A stretch of DNA of 64,000 nt. Origin: Spirochaetia bacterium (GTDB taxonomy: Bacteria; Spirochaetota; Spirochaetia; CADAEX01). Positions 28,518 through 37,700 of the stretch are shown piece after piece. The stretch spans positions 1 through 64,000 of the forward strand of contig JAZURI010000001.1 in the NCBI GenBank assembly GCA_045606105.1. Direction: 5' to 3'. The notes under the pieces are model-generated. The model searched no databases and had not been told where the DNA came from. It saw only the letters and a program-made list of their open reading frames with translations. The translations under genes and the position numbers were made by a program. Each line of letters begins with the position of its first letter. Position 1 is the stretch's first letter.

Positions 28518-28967
28518 TTATTGTTTGTTTTGTTTTATTTTTTTATGAATTTCCTCGGCATAATCCAGAACTTCCCGGCTGTAACGGGCGGTTTTCAGGA
28601 GTTCCCGGTAATATTCACCGTATTCCTTTTCATCGATGGCTGAAATATGGAGAAGCCAGTTCAGGATCATCAGGGTATTGAAATAGCGGAGTCCCTTCCG
28701 TTCTGCCGCCATCAGAAGCTTTTTATCCTCTGAAATTACCGGAATATTCATCTCCTCTCCCAGAAGCACCACCGATTCATCATTGGTGGAGAATCTTCCT
28801 TTAGGCATTATCTGTGTTACAGGCAGCCCGGGCCATCCTGTTTCGGCCGCCACCGGAGGGGAGCAGTAAAGCTTTATGTGGGCGGCGGTTTTACCCAGAA
28901 GCCCGCATTTCAGCATGTATATGATGCTTGAGGCATCCACCGAGGCCTCTTTCAGAGACGGGAACAT
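28518..28967 (-). CDS. Hypothetical protein, PIN-like fold
   Basis: VDASSII, D-E-S-V-V-L, ISEDKKL...G acidic pattern. Confidence 0.5.
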   Translation of the reverse strand: MFPSLKEASVDASSIIYMLKCGLLGKTAAHIKLYCSPPVAAETGWPGLPVTQIMPKGRFSTNDESVVLLGEEMNIPVISEDKKLLMAAERKGLRYFNTLMILNWLLHISAIDEKEYGEYYRELLKTARYSREVLDYAEEIHKKIKQNKQ

Positions 28968-29488
28968 ATTTCCTCTATCTGTCTTGTCACCTCAGGAGAT
29001 TTTCCGTAATCAGGGGCTGCCGCAATGATTGTATCCTCCACTATCAGGTTTGCGGAATCCAGAAGCTTTTTCACCTGGGCTGCCATATCCTTGTAATGAT
29101 CCCTGTCCTCGGCTCCCTGGGAAAGGACCAATATACATCTTTTCGGAGCAAGGCGGGGGTTCCTGTCCTTGTCCTTCAGGGAATAAAGGCGGTCCAGGAA
29201 CATCTTGAGCTGAGCCGAAACATATCCCATGTATACCGGAGAACCCACTATAACCATATCGGCTTCCCTGATATCCTCAAGAAGCTTTGACATGTCATCA
29301 TCAATGGCACAGCGGTCTCCCTCGGTGCGGCAATAACGGCAGGCCTGACATCCGTGGAGCTCCCATCTGTTCAGTACCACAACCTTTCCGAAGTGTCCCT
29401 TGTGGGCCCCTTTTTCAAGAATATCCAATATTACGGAGTTGGTTACCCCTTCCAATTTCGGGCTTCCCGATACTGCTACTATTCTCAT
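28952..29488 (-). CDS. Iron-sulfur flavoprotein / NADPH-dependent FMN reductase family
   Basis: SGSPK..G.T, CQACRYC...C..DDD, GSPVYMG, FLDR. Confidence 0.88.
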   Translation of the reverse strand: MRIVAVSGSPKLEGVTNSVILDILEKGAHKGHFGKVVVLNRWELHGCQACRYCRTEGDRCAIDDDMSKLLEDIREADMVIVGSPVYMGYVSAQLKMFLDRLYSLKDKDRNPRLAPKRCILVLSQGAEDRDHYKDMAAQVKKLLDSANLIVEDTIIAAAPDYGKSPEVTRQIEEICSRL

Positions 29489-29590
29489 TATAAAACCTTC
29501 CGAACATCAAAATAATTTTTTTTTATTATACTATGTACTAAATTTAAAAAAAAGACTATACTGCGTATGATACATTAAAAGGAGTCTACT

Positions 29591-29677
29591 ATGCCTTGCG
29601 GAAGAAAACGGAAAAGACATAAAATTGCAACTCATAAAAGAAAGAAAAAACTGAGAAAGAACAGACATAAGAAATAA
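29591..29677 (+). CDS. 28-aa basic protein, ribosomal protein bS22 / AURKAIP1-COX24 family
   Basis: Translated by hand: MPCGRKRKRHKIATHKRKKKLRKNRHKK. RBS AAGGAG upstream, terminator downstream. Below the ORF-track size cut-off. Confidence 0.85.
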   Translation: MPCGRKRKRHKIATHKRKKKLRKNRHKK

Positions 29678-29688
29678 GTTTGTTCCGA

Positions 29689-29721
29689 TCCCGGGGAGTT
29701 GATTCCCGGGAAATTTTTTTT
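29689..29721 (+). terminator. Intrinsic terminator
   Basis: TCCCGGG...CCCGGGA followed by a T-tract. Confidence 0.7.
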
Positions 29722-29733
29722 TATCTTTTCAGT

Positions 29734-30627
29734 ATGACTGAAGTAAAAGAAAAGAATATAGTCCCGCCTGATATGGATTACCGTTATTTTGAAGATTACG
29801 GTAGTTATAAATTTAAGTATAAATCAAAGAAATTCGAAATAAACAATGCCTGGTTTCTTGCCGAAGCCTCTCTTCTTGCGTACTGCCATCCGCAATTTGT
29901 ACGGCTGGTGTTTGCAGAAGCGGGAATAAGGAATTTCAGGGCCTTTATCGGCAAAAACATTGCTTATGCCTTTGTGGCAGACAACGGAAAGTTTGCCACG
30001 GTGGTATTCCGCGGTACCGAGCTTAAAGGAAAGAATCTTTTTCTCGGAGCCATGGCAGACCTTTCCTTCAGCTTCGAGCCGGAGGGGGCAGGTCTTGTCC
30101 ATTCCGGTTTCAGAAATGCGCTGGATGAGATCTGGAACGGCGAAAACGGTCTTAAAGACTATATGGATGCTCTCCGTATGCTCCGGCCCGGAATGAGGTT
30201 CTGGTTCACGGGGCACAGCCTGGGAGGTGCCATGGCCACCATTGCCGCCTCCAGAGTCGGTTATTGTCAGGGACTGTATACCTTCGGTTCCCCCCGTGTG
30301 GGAGAGGAGTGTTTTGCCGCCTCCGTTACCTGTCCTGTCTACAGGTTCGTGAACAAGAGCGATCCCATTACCATGATGCCACCCAAGAAGCTGGGATTCC
30401 TGGGCTTTGAAGAGACCTATACCCATGTGGGAAAGCTGAAATATATAGACCGGAACAACATGCTTCTGGACGATTTTGACAAGAAAATAGAGGTGCCGGC
30501 CCTGAGGATGGATAATTTCCAGCAGGTGCTGAAGGGGCTTAAGGAGTCGGTGAATGTGGATTTCAGGGATCATGCTCCTGTTTATTATGCCGAATATTTG
30601 AAGCAACTGAGAGCTGTAATACATTGA
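29734..30627 (+). CDS. Class 3 lipase family protein
   Basis: VVFRGT, VHSGF, GHSLGG, YTFGSPRVG, DPIT..P, DH. Confidence 0.9.
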   Translation: MTEVKEKNIVPPDMDYRYFEDYGSYKFKYKSKKFEINNAWFLAEASLLAYCHPQFVRLVFAEAGIRNFRAFIGKNIAYAFVADNGKFATVVFRGTELKGKNLFLGAMADLSFSFEPEGAGLVHSGFRNALDEIWNGENGLKDYMDALRMLRPGMRFWFTGHSLGGAMATIAASRVGYCQGLYTFGSPRVGEECFAASVTCPVYRFVNKSDPITMMPPKKLGFLGFEETYTHVGKLKYIDRNNMLLDDFDKKIEVPALRMDNFQQVLKGLKESVNVDFRDHAPVYYAEYLKQLRAVIH

Positions 30628-30681
30628 CAAAAAAACAGTTTAGTGTAGAATAAAGATAATCTTTTATTGGAGGAGATAAAA

Positions 30682-30852
30682 ATGGCTTATACAATTTCTG
30701 ACGAATGCTTGAACTGCGGCGCTTGCGAAGGTGAATGTCCACAGGGAGCTATCAGCGAAAAAGACGGAAAAAGAGTAATTGCTGCTGATCAGTGTGTATC
30801 CTGCGGTGCTTGTATGGATTCATGCCCAGCTGATGCAATTATCGCTGACTGA
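30682..30852 (+). CDS. fdx: 2[4Fe-4S] ferredoxin (clostridial type)
   Basis: CLNCGACEGECP and CVSCGACMDSCP; RBS GGAGG; TTGACA-17-TAGAAT upstream. Confidence 0.93.
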   Translation: MAYTISDECLNCGACEGECPQGAISEKDGKRVIAADQCVSCGACMDSCPADAIIAD

Positions 30853-30881
30853 TCATAAATTTTATGATTTCTCGGAAAGAG

Positions 30882-30912
30882 AAAAGCCCCTGAGTCTTCA
30901 GGGGCTTTTTTT
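30882..30912. terminator. Bidirectional intrinsic terminator
   Basis: AAAAGCCCCTGA...TCAGGGGCTTTTTT. Confidence 0.85.
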
Positions 30913-30924
30913 ATTGTATCCGGG

Positions 30925-31692
30925 TCAGCGGCCGGAAATATCGGCTGCCTTGACAAGGGGATGTGTGTACCGGCTCCTGTTTTCGGAGCTGCCGCACTGG
31001 GCTGCCTTTTCCGGACACCAGTGAACACAGGCCATGCACATCTGGCATCTTGCTCCCCATACCGGTTTACCGGCCTGTATTGAAATGTTCCCCTCCGGAC
31101 ATACCGAAGCACAGGTTCCGCATCCGGTACAGCTTCCGAGGGTACGGAAGGAGGCCTTGTTTTTTTCCTGTATTTTCCTGAAGCATTTCTTTGCCAGTAG
31201 TGAAACAGGAACCGTTATTCTTCCGCCGTCTATGAATTTATCCCTTCCTTTTATATCAATGGCCGCACTTTCCAGCTCATCATTTATTTCTTCAATGTTT
31301 TCCATGGTTTCGGGATTGTAGAGAAAAACTGCGTTTGCCGGCATTTTCACATAGGCACAGTATGAGAGGATGCAGTTCTTTTTTCTGAATTCTCCTGCAA
31401 AAATCCGTCCCAGACCTGCGGTAAGCCTTCCCATGGTCACCACTGAAAAAATATACGGATTTCCGTTTATCTTCAGCTCCCTGACAAAATCCACCACCAT
31501 GTCCGGAGCCTGGAAGGAGTAGGACGGAAAGACAAAGCCGATACAGTCTCCCTCTGTTTCAGGGGATGCTTCAATCAGCTCCCTTGTTATTCTTATAAGA
31601 CGGACCTCTTTTTCCCCGCCCAGTCTTTCCGCAATGAATCTTGCCGCATAGAGTGAGTTTCCCGAACCGGAAAACCAGTAAATTGTTTTCAT
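30925..31692 (-). CDS. EFR1-family flavodoxin-ferredoxin fusion
   Basis: FSGSGNS, GFVFP.Y, MPAN, CTGCGTCASVCP, CQMCMACVHWCP. Confidence 0.88.
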   Translation of the reverse strand: MKTIYWFSGSGNSLYAARFIAERLGGEKEVRLIRITRELIEASPETEGDCIGFVFPSYSFQAPDMVVDFVRELKINGNPYIFSVVTMGRLTAGLGRIFAGEFRKKNCILSYCAYVKMPANAVFLYNPETMENIEEINDELESAAIDIKGRDKFIDGGRITVPVSLLAKKCFRKIQEKNKASFRTLGSCTGCGTCASVCPEGNISIQAGKPVWGARCQMCMACVHWCPEKAAQCGSSENRSRYTHPLVKAADISGR

Positions 31693-31754
31693 ATCATCAG
31701 TTTAGCACCTATCTTTCACTTGTTAAAGGGAAAATTTTCAAGTATCATATATAT

Positions 31755-32432
31755 ATGAGCGAGCTTTTTATTGTTGCCACCCCAATCGGAAATCTTGATG
31801 ATATCACTCTCAGGGCTGTTGAGACACTGAGAAGCGTGGATGCCATTGCCTGCGAGGATACCCGTCATACCCTCCATCTTCTCAATAAGCTGGAAATACG
31901 GAAGCCTCTTCTCAGCTATTATGCCGCAGACGAGAAACCGGGAATCAGCAAGATCCTGAATCTGCTGGGACAGGGAAAGAAGGTGGCCTATGTAAGCGAT
32001 GCCGGAACACCGGGAATAAGCGATCCGGGCAGTTCCCTTGTAAGGGCTGTCAGGGAGCAGGGGTACAGGATTACACCGATTCCGGGAGTTTCCGCCCTTT
32101 CGGCACTGATCAGCGTAAGCGGTGTCCAGGGGAGAGGAATAACCTTCGAGGGATTTCTTTCACCAAAGCCGGGAAGAAGACTTTCCCGTATCAGGGAGCT
32201 TATGGAAAGGGAAGAGAGCTTTGTCATATACGAATCTCCTTACAGGATAATCAAGGCCATGGCCGATATTGCATCGGTGGATCCCGAAAGACAGGTGGTG
32301 GCCGGCCGGGAGATGACCAAGCTTCACGAGGAATTCATTGCCGGAACAGCTCAGGAGGTACTGGACGATCTTCAGGGCAGGGATAAGATCCAGGGTGAAT
32401 TTGCCGTATGCATATACGGACGAAAAAATTAG
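31755..32432 (+). CDS. rsmI: 16S rRNA C1402 2'-O-methyltransferase
   Basis: ATPIGNLDDITLRA, ACEDTR, SDAGTPGISDPG, YESPYR, REMTKLHEE. Start ATG 31755. Confidence 0.95.
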   Translation: MSELFIVATPIGNLDDITLRAVETLRSVDAIACEDTRHTLHLLNKLEIRKPLLSYYAADEKPGISKILNLLGQGKKVAYVSDAGTPGISDPGSSLVRAVREQGYRITPIPGVSALSALISVSGVQGRGITFEGFLSPKPGRRLSRIRELMEREESFVIYESPYRIIKAMADIASVDPERQVVAGREMTKLHEEFIAGTAQEVLDDLQGRDKIQGEFAVCIYGRKN

Positions 32433-32460
32433 TTTATCTTATTTTTCAATATGCCGATAT
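32433..32460 (+). promoter_or_regulatory. Putative sigma-28 (FliA) promoter
   Basis: -10 GCCGATAT at 32453-32460 directly upstream of flgM; -35 weak. Confidence 0.55.
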
Positions 32461-32481
32461 AGAAAATAAGGAAGGTACACG

Positions 32482-32766
32482 ATGACTATAAACAGTCTGA
32501 ACAGAGTAAGTTCTGTTCAAGGAAGTGCTGCTGTTGAAAGAACTTCACAGACAGTAAGGATTCAGGAGAAGGATTCTGTCGCTGTGTCATCGGAGGCAAA
32601 AACTATGGGAGAAGTTTATGCTGCTGCCGAGGAACTGCGCAATCTTCCCGATGTCAGGACAGATAAGGTTGAAGCTGCAAGGACAGCCCTTAAGGATCCT
32701 GATTACATTAACCGGGCTTCAGTGGAAACTGTGGCCGAAAAAATGCTTAACCTGTTCGGCATCTGA
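32482..32766 (+). CDS. flgM: Anti-sigma-28 factor FlgM
   Basis: 94 aa; DSVAVSSEAK, PDVRTDKV, VAEKML. Confidence 0.8.
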   Translation: MTINSLNRVSSVQGSAAVERTSQTVRIQEKDSVAVSSEAKTMGEVYAAAEELRNLPDVRTDKVEAARTALKDPDYINRASVETVAEKMLNLFGI

Positions 32767-33527
32767 TGTTTACCGAAAAGAAATTCAGATCCCTGGATAA
32801 CAGGCTTCAGTACAGAAAGGCAGCCCTGATACTCAGGGAGGCCGAATCTGCCTCTCTTCGCGGCGAGGATGTGGATTTTGACTACATTACCATGATAGTC
32901 AATACTGCCTTCCGTGAGGAAAAGGTTAATCCCGGTTTTTTCAGTACCGGCGAAATTTCAAGAAAATTAAGCAATCTCAGATTCTGTGCCATGGAAAGAG
33001 GCGGTATTCAGGTTGCCGACTGGGACCTGAACCTTGCTTCGGATGATGCTGCAGGTTCCAGGGAAAAGCTTCCGGTTTCCGTATATCTGGAAGACCTCAG
33101 GTCCCCCTTCAATGTGGGTTCTGTTTTCAGGAGTGCGGAATCCTTCGGCTTTTCGGAGATACTTCTGTCCGAATATACCCCTACACCGGAGCATCCCCGG
33201 GCAAAACGGAGTGCCATGGGAACCGATGCTGTACTGGACTGGCGGGTCTGTTCCCCGGCCGATCTGGAGGGAAAGCCTCTTTTTGCCCTGGAAACCGACG
33301 GCTGTCCCATAGAGGAGTTCCGGTTTCCTGAAAAGGGTATAATGATTCTCGGCTCCGAGGAGACCGGGATAAGCAGGGAGCTGCTGGAAATGGCAGAAAA
33401 AAGCCTGGGTATCGTTTCAATACCCATGGCCGGTATCAAGAAATCTATAAATGTGGGGGTGGCTTTCGGTATAGCCGCCTATTACTGGACCTCTGCAATC
33501 AGGTCCGGACTCTGCTCAGGGCGATAA
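32766..33527 (+). CDS. TrmH/SpoU family RNA methyltransferase
   Basis: LEDLRSPFNVGSVFRS, LGSEETG, IPMAG.K.SINV. Confidence 0.9.
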   Translation: MFTEKKFRSLDNRLQYRKAALILREAESASLRGEDVDFDYITMIVNTAFREEKVNPGFFSTGEISRKLSNLRFCAMERGGIQVADWDLNLASDDAAGSREKLPVSVYLEDLRSPFNVGSVFRSAESFGFSEILLSEYTPTPEHPRAKRSAMGTDAVLDWRVCSPADLEGKPLFALETDGCPIEEFRFPEKGIMILGSEETGISRELLEMAEKSLGIVSIPMAGIKKSINVGVAFGIAAYYWTSAIRSGLCSGR

Positions 33528-34746
33528 CGGCATTGTGACCTCCGAAGCCGAAGGAGTTGGAGATGATGTTGTCCACCTTCCAATCGATTCCCTTGTTCGG
33601 AATATAATCAAGATCACATTCAGGATCAGGTTCCTCATAGTTTATTGTAGGGGGAAGCCACTGATGGTATATGGAAAGGGCCGATGATACTGCCTCGATT
33701 CCTCCTGCCGCCCCAATGCAGTGTCCTAACATCGATTTTATGGATGAGACCTTGAGCTTGTGGGCATGGCTTCCGAAAACCTCCCTGATGGCAATGGTTT
33801 CAGCCCTGTCGTTGAGCTTGGTTGAGGTGCCGTGGGCATTTACATAGTCGATATCCTCCGGCTTCAGACCTGCCGAAGCAAGGGCATTTCTGATGGCCTG
33901 GACTGCACCGATTCCTTCAGGGTGAGGTGCTGTCATATGATAGGCATCGCAGGTGGCGCCGTAGCCTGTCAGCTCACAGTATATCCTGGCTCCCCTTTTT
34001 ACGGCATGTTCATACTCCTCCAGAACCACTATTCCGGCCCCTTCGCCCATGACAAAACCGTCTCTCCCTTTTTCAAAGGGGCGGCTTGCCTTTTCAGGGT
34101 CATGGTTATGGCTGACGGTAAGTGCCTGGAGAACACAGAAGCCGCCGATGGAAAGCCTGGTTATTCCGGCCTCCACGCCGCCGGTAATCATGATGTCAGC
34201 ACTGCCGTTCTCTATCCAGTGGGCTGCGTTTCCTATGGCATCTGTTCCCGAAGCACAGGCTGTAACCACGGAATAACATGGACCGTGTATATCCAGGACC
34301 ACACCCATGGTTCCTGCTGCCATGTTGGATATCATTTTCGGGATGGTCATTACAGGTATCCGTCTGGGCCCGGAGCTGAAAAGCCGGCCGTAGCCCTCCT
34401 CCATGGAGGCAAAACCCCCTATGCCGTTGCCCAGGACAACTCCGGTGCGGTAGGGATTTTCCCAGCCGGTGCTTCCGAAACCGGCATCCTTAATGGCCTC
34501 CATGGCCGCACATACGGCATACTGAGTAAAAGGGTCCATTCTCTGGGCCAGTTTCCTGTCCATGAAGCCGGCAGGATCGAAATCCTTCAGTTCTCCTGCT
34601 ATCTTTGCCGGAAAATCCTCTGTATCGAACTTTGTTATGGGACCGATTCCGCAGAGACCTTTATGCATGTTTTCCCAGAAGTCGGCAACATTGTTACCGA
34701 TGGGATTGACTGTTCCCAGTCCTGTTATCACAACTCTTTTTCTCAT
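33499..34746 (-). CDS. fabF: Beta-ketoacyl-ACP synthase II
   Basis: TACASG, GFVMGEGAG, NAHGTST, KSMLGH, SNSFGFGGHN. Confidence 0.95.
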   Translation of the reverse strand: MRKRVVITGLGTVNPIGNNVADFWENMHKGLCGIGPITKFDTEDFPAKIAGELKDFDPAGFMDRKLAQRMDPFTQYAVCAAMEAIKDAGFGSTGWENPYRTGVVLGNGIGGFASMEEGYGRLFSSGPRRIPVMTIPKMISNMAAGTMGVVLDIHGPCYSVVTACASGTDAIGNAAHWIENGSADIMITGGVEAGITRLSIGGFCVLQALTVSHNHDPEKASRPFEKGRDGFVMGEGAGIVVLEEYEHAVKRGARIYCELTGYGATCDAYHMTAPHPEGIGAVQAIRNALASAGLKPEDIDYVNAHGTSTKLNDRAETIAIREVFGSHAHKLKVSSIKSMLGHCIGAAGGIEAVSSALSIYHQWLPPTINYEEPDPECDLDYIPNKGIDWKVDNIISNSFGFGGHNAVIALSRVRT

Positions 34747-34857
34747 AAATTCAATTTAACACAGAGTGTCATATAATACAATTGTTGCAAAAAATAAACT
34801 TTTACTCTTTAAATATAAGTGAAAAATAATTATAATTATACTCAGAGGTCATAAATT

Positions 34858-35919
34858 ATGAATATTAGAGACAGAATGATTATGGCTGAATACAAGAAGC
34901 AGAGACCGCACTTTATTCAGCTGGGAAATATAGTACATGAAATACTCAGCGACATTGCTGAGGACTCCGGTATCCTTGTTGCAGGAATCGAACATAGGGT
35001 AAAGGCAGAAAAGAGCCTTGAGGGAAAGCTTTTCAGAAATGCCGATTATTACCAGAAGCTTGAGGATCTTACAGATATTCTCGGTGCCAGAATGATCTGT
35101 TATTTCCAGGATGAGGTGGATGTCCTCGGTAAATATGTGGAAGAAAACTTTATCATCGACTGGGAAAACAGCTCCGACAAGCGTGCCCTTCTCAAGGCAG
35201 ACAGCTTCGGTTACCTTTCACTTCACTATATCTGTTCCCTTCCTGAAGATGCAGGATATCCGGCCGAGGTATGCGGAAAGAAGTTCGAGATCCAGATCAG
35301 GACCATTCTCCAGCATGCATGGTCTGCCATCAACCACGACCTGGGATACAAGAGCGAGTTCGGTGCTCCGAGACATGTAATCAGGGAATTTGCCCGTCTT
35401 GCAGGTCTTCTTGAAATTGCCGACGAGGAATTTGCAAGAACCAGGGATCACATGAACACATACACAGAGGAAGTAAGAAGCAAGATCATCAACGACAATG
35501 CCGATGATGTCAATATCGACCTTGTTTCTCTCAACGAGTATGTTCTTCACAACAAGAAGATGAATGTTTTCATGAACAGGCTTGCTGCCATCGAGGGCTC
35601 TGAAATTTCTGAAATCAATCCGGAATCATACATCATACAGCTCAGATGGCTCGGTATCGATACTATCGGAAAGCTTCAGGATATGCTTGAAAGAAACGAA
35701 GAGCTTGCATTCCGTCTTGCAGAAAACACACTCAAGGGAAGCGAGCTTGATATCATCAGCTCCAATGCCGCCCTCAGATTCATCTGCCGTGCGGAACTGG
35801 TAAGCGGAAAATATACCGAAGAGCAGGCAGCCGAGTTCCTGAAGATCACAACAAGAAACGACAATCGTGCCGCCAACCAGGCAAAGCGTCTTTTTTCAAT
35901 GGCGAAGGCTTTAAAATGA
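34858..35919 (+). CDS. Small alarmone synthetase (RelA/SpoT SYNTH domain) with about 150-aa C-terminal extension
   Basis: HRVKAEKSLEGK, DILGAR, GYLSLHY, FEIQIRT.LQHAW...HDLGYK; no HD, TGS or ACT domain. Confidence 0.88.
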   Translation: MNIRDRMIMAEYKKQRPHFIQLGNIVHEILSDIAEDSGILVAGIEHRVKAEKSLEGKLFRNADYYQKLEDLTDILGARMICYFQDEVDVLGKYVEENFIIDWENSSDKRALLKADSFGYLSLHYICSLPEDAGYPAEVCGKKFEIQIRTILQHAWSAINHDLGYKSEFGAPRHVIREFARLAGLLEIADEEFARTRDHMNTYTEEVRSKIINDNADDVNIDLVSLNEYVLHNKKMNVFMNRLAAIEGSEISEINPESYIIQLRWLGIDTIGKLQDMLERNEELAFRLAENTLKGSELDIISSNAALRFICRAELVSGKYTEEQAAEFLKITTRNDNRAANQAKRLFSMAKALK

Positions 35920-36440
35920 GTGAAAGACTCGAGGCAGCTCTTGCTTTTGCAACAGAGAAGCATAAGGGGCAGAAGCGTATCGGCGGTGACGACTACATAA
36001 CTCATCCTATCGCAGTTTCCGAAATCGTAAGGGAGCACGGCGGAGATGAGGACAGCTGTATCGCAGCCCTTTTCCATGATCTTCTGGAGGATACCGATGC
36101 CACAGAGGATGAAATCCGCTCTCTGGGAGGAGATGCCGTTCTTGAGGCGGTAAAGCTTCTGACCAAGCAGGATGGATATGTCATGGAGGATTATGTAGCC
36201 GGAATAAGATCCAATCCCATTGCCTTCATGGTGAAGGGTGCCGACAGACTGCATAACCTGCGCTGCGCCCTCTATACAGATACCGATTTCAAGAGAAGAT
36301 ACATTCTTGAATCCCTTGACTGGTATATCGGCTTCATGCCTGAGATAAAGACAGCGGTAAAGGACCTTGCAAAGTCTCTCGATTCACCGATGACAGAGCT
36401 TTCATTCCTCTACGAACCAATTGATAACTGGAAAATATAA
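35916..36440 (+). CDS. Small alarmone hydrolase (Mesh1-like HD protein)
   Basis: HKGQKR..G..YITHP, AALFHDLLEDT, VKGADRLHNL; ATGA overlap with the synthetase. Confidence 0.88.
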   Translation: MSERLEAALAFATEKHKGQKRIGGDDYITHPIAVSEIVREHGGDEDSCIAALFHDLLEDTDATEDEIRSLGGDAVLEAVKLLTKQDGYVMEDYVAGIRSNPIAFMVKGADRLHNLRCALYTDTDFKRRYILESLDWYIGFMPEIKTAVKDLAKSLDSPMTELSFLYEPIDNWKI

Positions 36441-36458
36441 TCATATAAGGAGAATAAA

Positions 36459-36755
36459 ATGACAATTAACAAAACAAAGGCAGATAATATTATCACACTT
36501 GCACTTGAGGGTCGTCTTGATACAACCACAGCTCCTGAACTTGACAAGGAAATTGATGTTGTTATCGAAGAGACTGCAGACCTGATTTTTGATTTCAAGG
36601 ATCTCGAATATATTTCCTCTGCAGGACTCCGTGTTCTTCTCAAGGCTCAGAAGGCCATGAGCGCAAAGGGAACAATGAAGCTTATCAATGTTAACGATTC
36701 CATCATGGAAGTTTTTGACATCACAGGTTTTGTAGATATTCTTACAATCGAGTAA
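36459..36755 (+). CDS. STAS domain anti-sigma-factor antagonist
   Basis: GRLDTTTAPEL, LEYISSAGLRVLL, VFDITGF. Confidence 0.92.
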   Translation: MTINKTKADNIITLALEGRLDTTTAPELDKEIDVVIEETADLIFDFKDLEYISSAGLRVLLKAQKAMSAKGTMKLINVNDSIMEVFDITGFVDILTIE

Positions 36756-36787
36756 GATTTCCTGAGCAGACAGGAGAGCTTCTGCCC

Positions 36788-37696
36788 TCAGTAGGTTCCG
36801 AAGATCCTGTCTGTTTCTTTTTTATCCCTGCTGACGGTAAGTGCCAGTCTGAGAAGGACTGCCGCCTTGGCAGGAGAAAGCATGCAGCTTCCGCTTATCC
36901 TTGATACCGTAACCACCGGAATCTGACTTTTTTTCACTGTTTCCCCGAATTCCAGACTGTATTCCCTGTTGCCTGCGCCGGCCACCACCACGCCGTCGGA
37001 ATGGTTTAATGCATATTCCAGAAGTCCCGGATCTGCATCTGCATGAAAGCAGATAACCGAAACCTTTGGCAGGGTTTCCAGGTTTTCCGTAGTGAATTCT
37101 GTTTCCGTGGTGTGGGGCCGTGCCGGTCTGTGGTAGAAAATGATTCCGTCATCCTGTACCGTACCTATGGTACCGGCCTCTCCCCCGCTGAAGGCAGTAA
37201 CTGAGAACGGACTCTCCTTCACCGCATCCCTGGCTGAAAATATAAGGCCTGAAAATACCACAAGAACTCCCATTCCGGCTGCTTTTTCCGAAAAGGCTGT
37301 ACGGATTGCCCCTCTGAGATTTTCCGCACCGTCCGGGGAGAGGGCAGAGGCGGGCCGCATGGCTCCGGTAATCACCACCGGCTTCCGGGTCTTTACGGTA
37401 AGGTGAAGAAACAGGGCTGTCTCCTCCAGGGTATCGGTTCCGTGGGTGATGACAAAGCCTGCAATATCCTCCCGGGCCGCCTCCCTGTTTATGATGCCGG
37501 TCAGCTTCAGCCAGTGGGAAGCCTTTATGTCATCGGAATTGATGCTGCAGAGAGGAATGATTTCGATATCGGTACCGGCCGGTATTCCGGGCAGCTTTTC
37601 GGGGGAGAGAATTCCGGGGGTGTAGCCTGTGTTCTTTCCCGGCTCCCCCATTCCGGCTATTGTTCCCCCTGTGGTAATCAGTATTATCTTTTTCAT
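36788..37696 (-). CDS. L-asparaginase (no signal peptide; short C-terminal domain)
   Basis: TTGGTIAG, HGTDTLEET, TGAMRP...DG..N. Confidence 0.88.
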   Translation of the reverse strand: MKKIILITTGGTIAGMGEPGKNTGYTPGILSPEKLPGIPAGTDIEIIPLCSINSDDIKASHWLKLTGIINREAAREDIAGFVITHGTDTLEETALFLHLTVKTRKPVVITGAMRPASALSPDGAENLRGAIRTAFSEKAAGMGVLVVFSGLIFSARDAVKESPFSVTAFSGGEAGTIGTVQDDGIIFYHRPARPHTTETEFTTENLETLPKVSVICFHADADPGLLEYALNHSDGVVVAGAGNREYSLEFGETVKKSQIPVVTVSRISGSCMLSPAKAAVLLRLALTVSRDKKETDRIFGTY

Positions 37697-37700
37697 GGTA

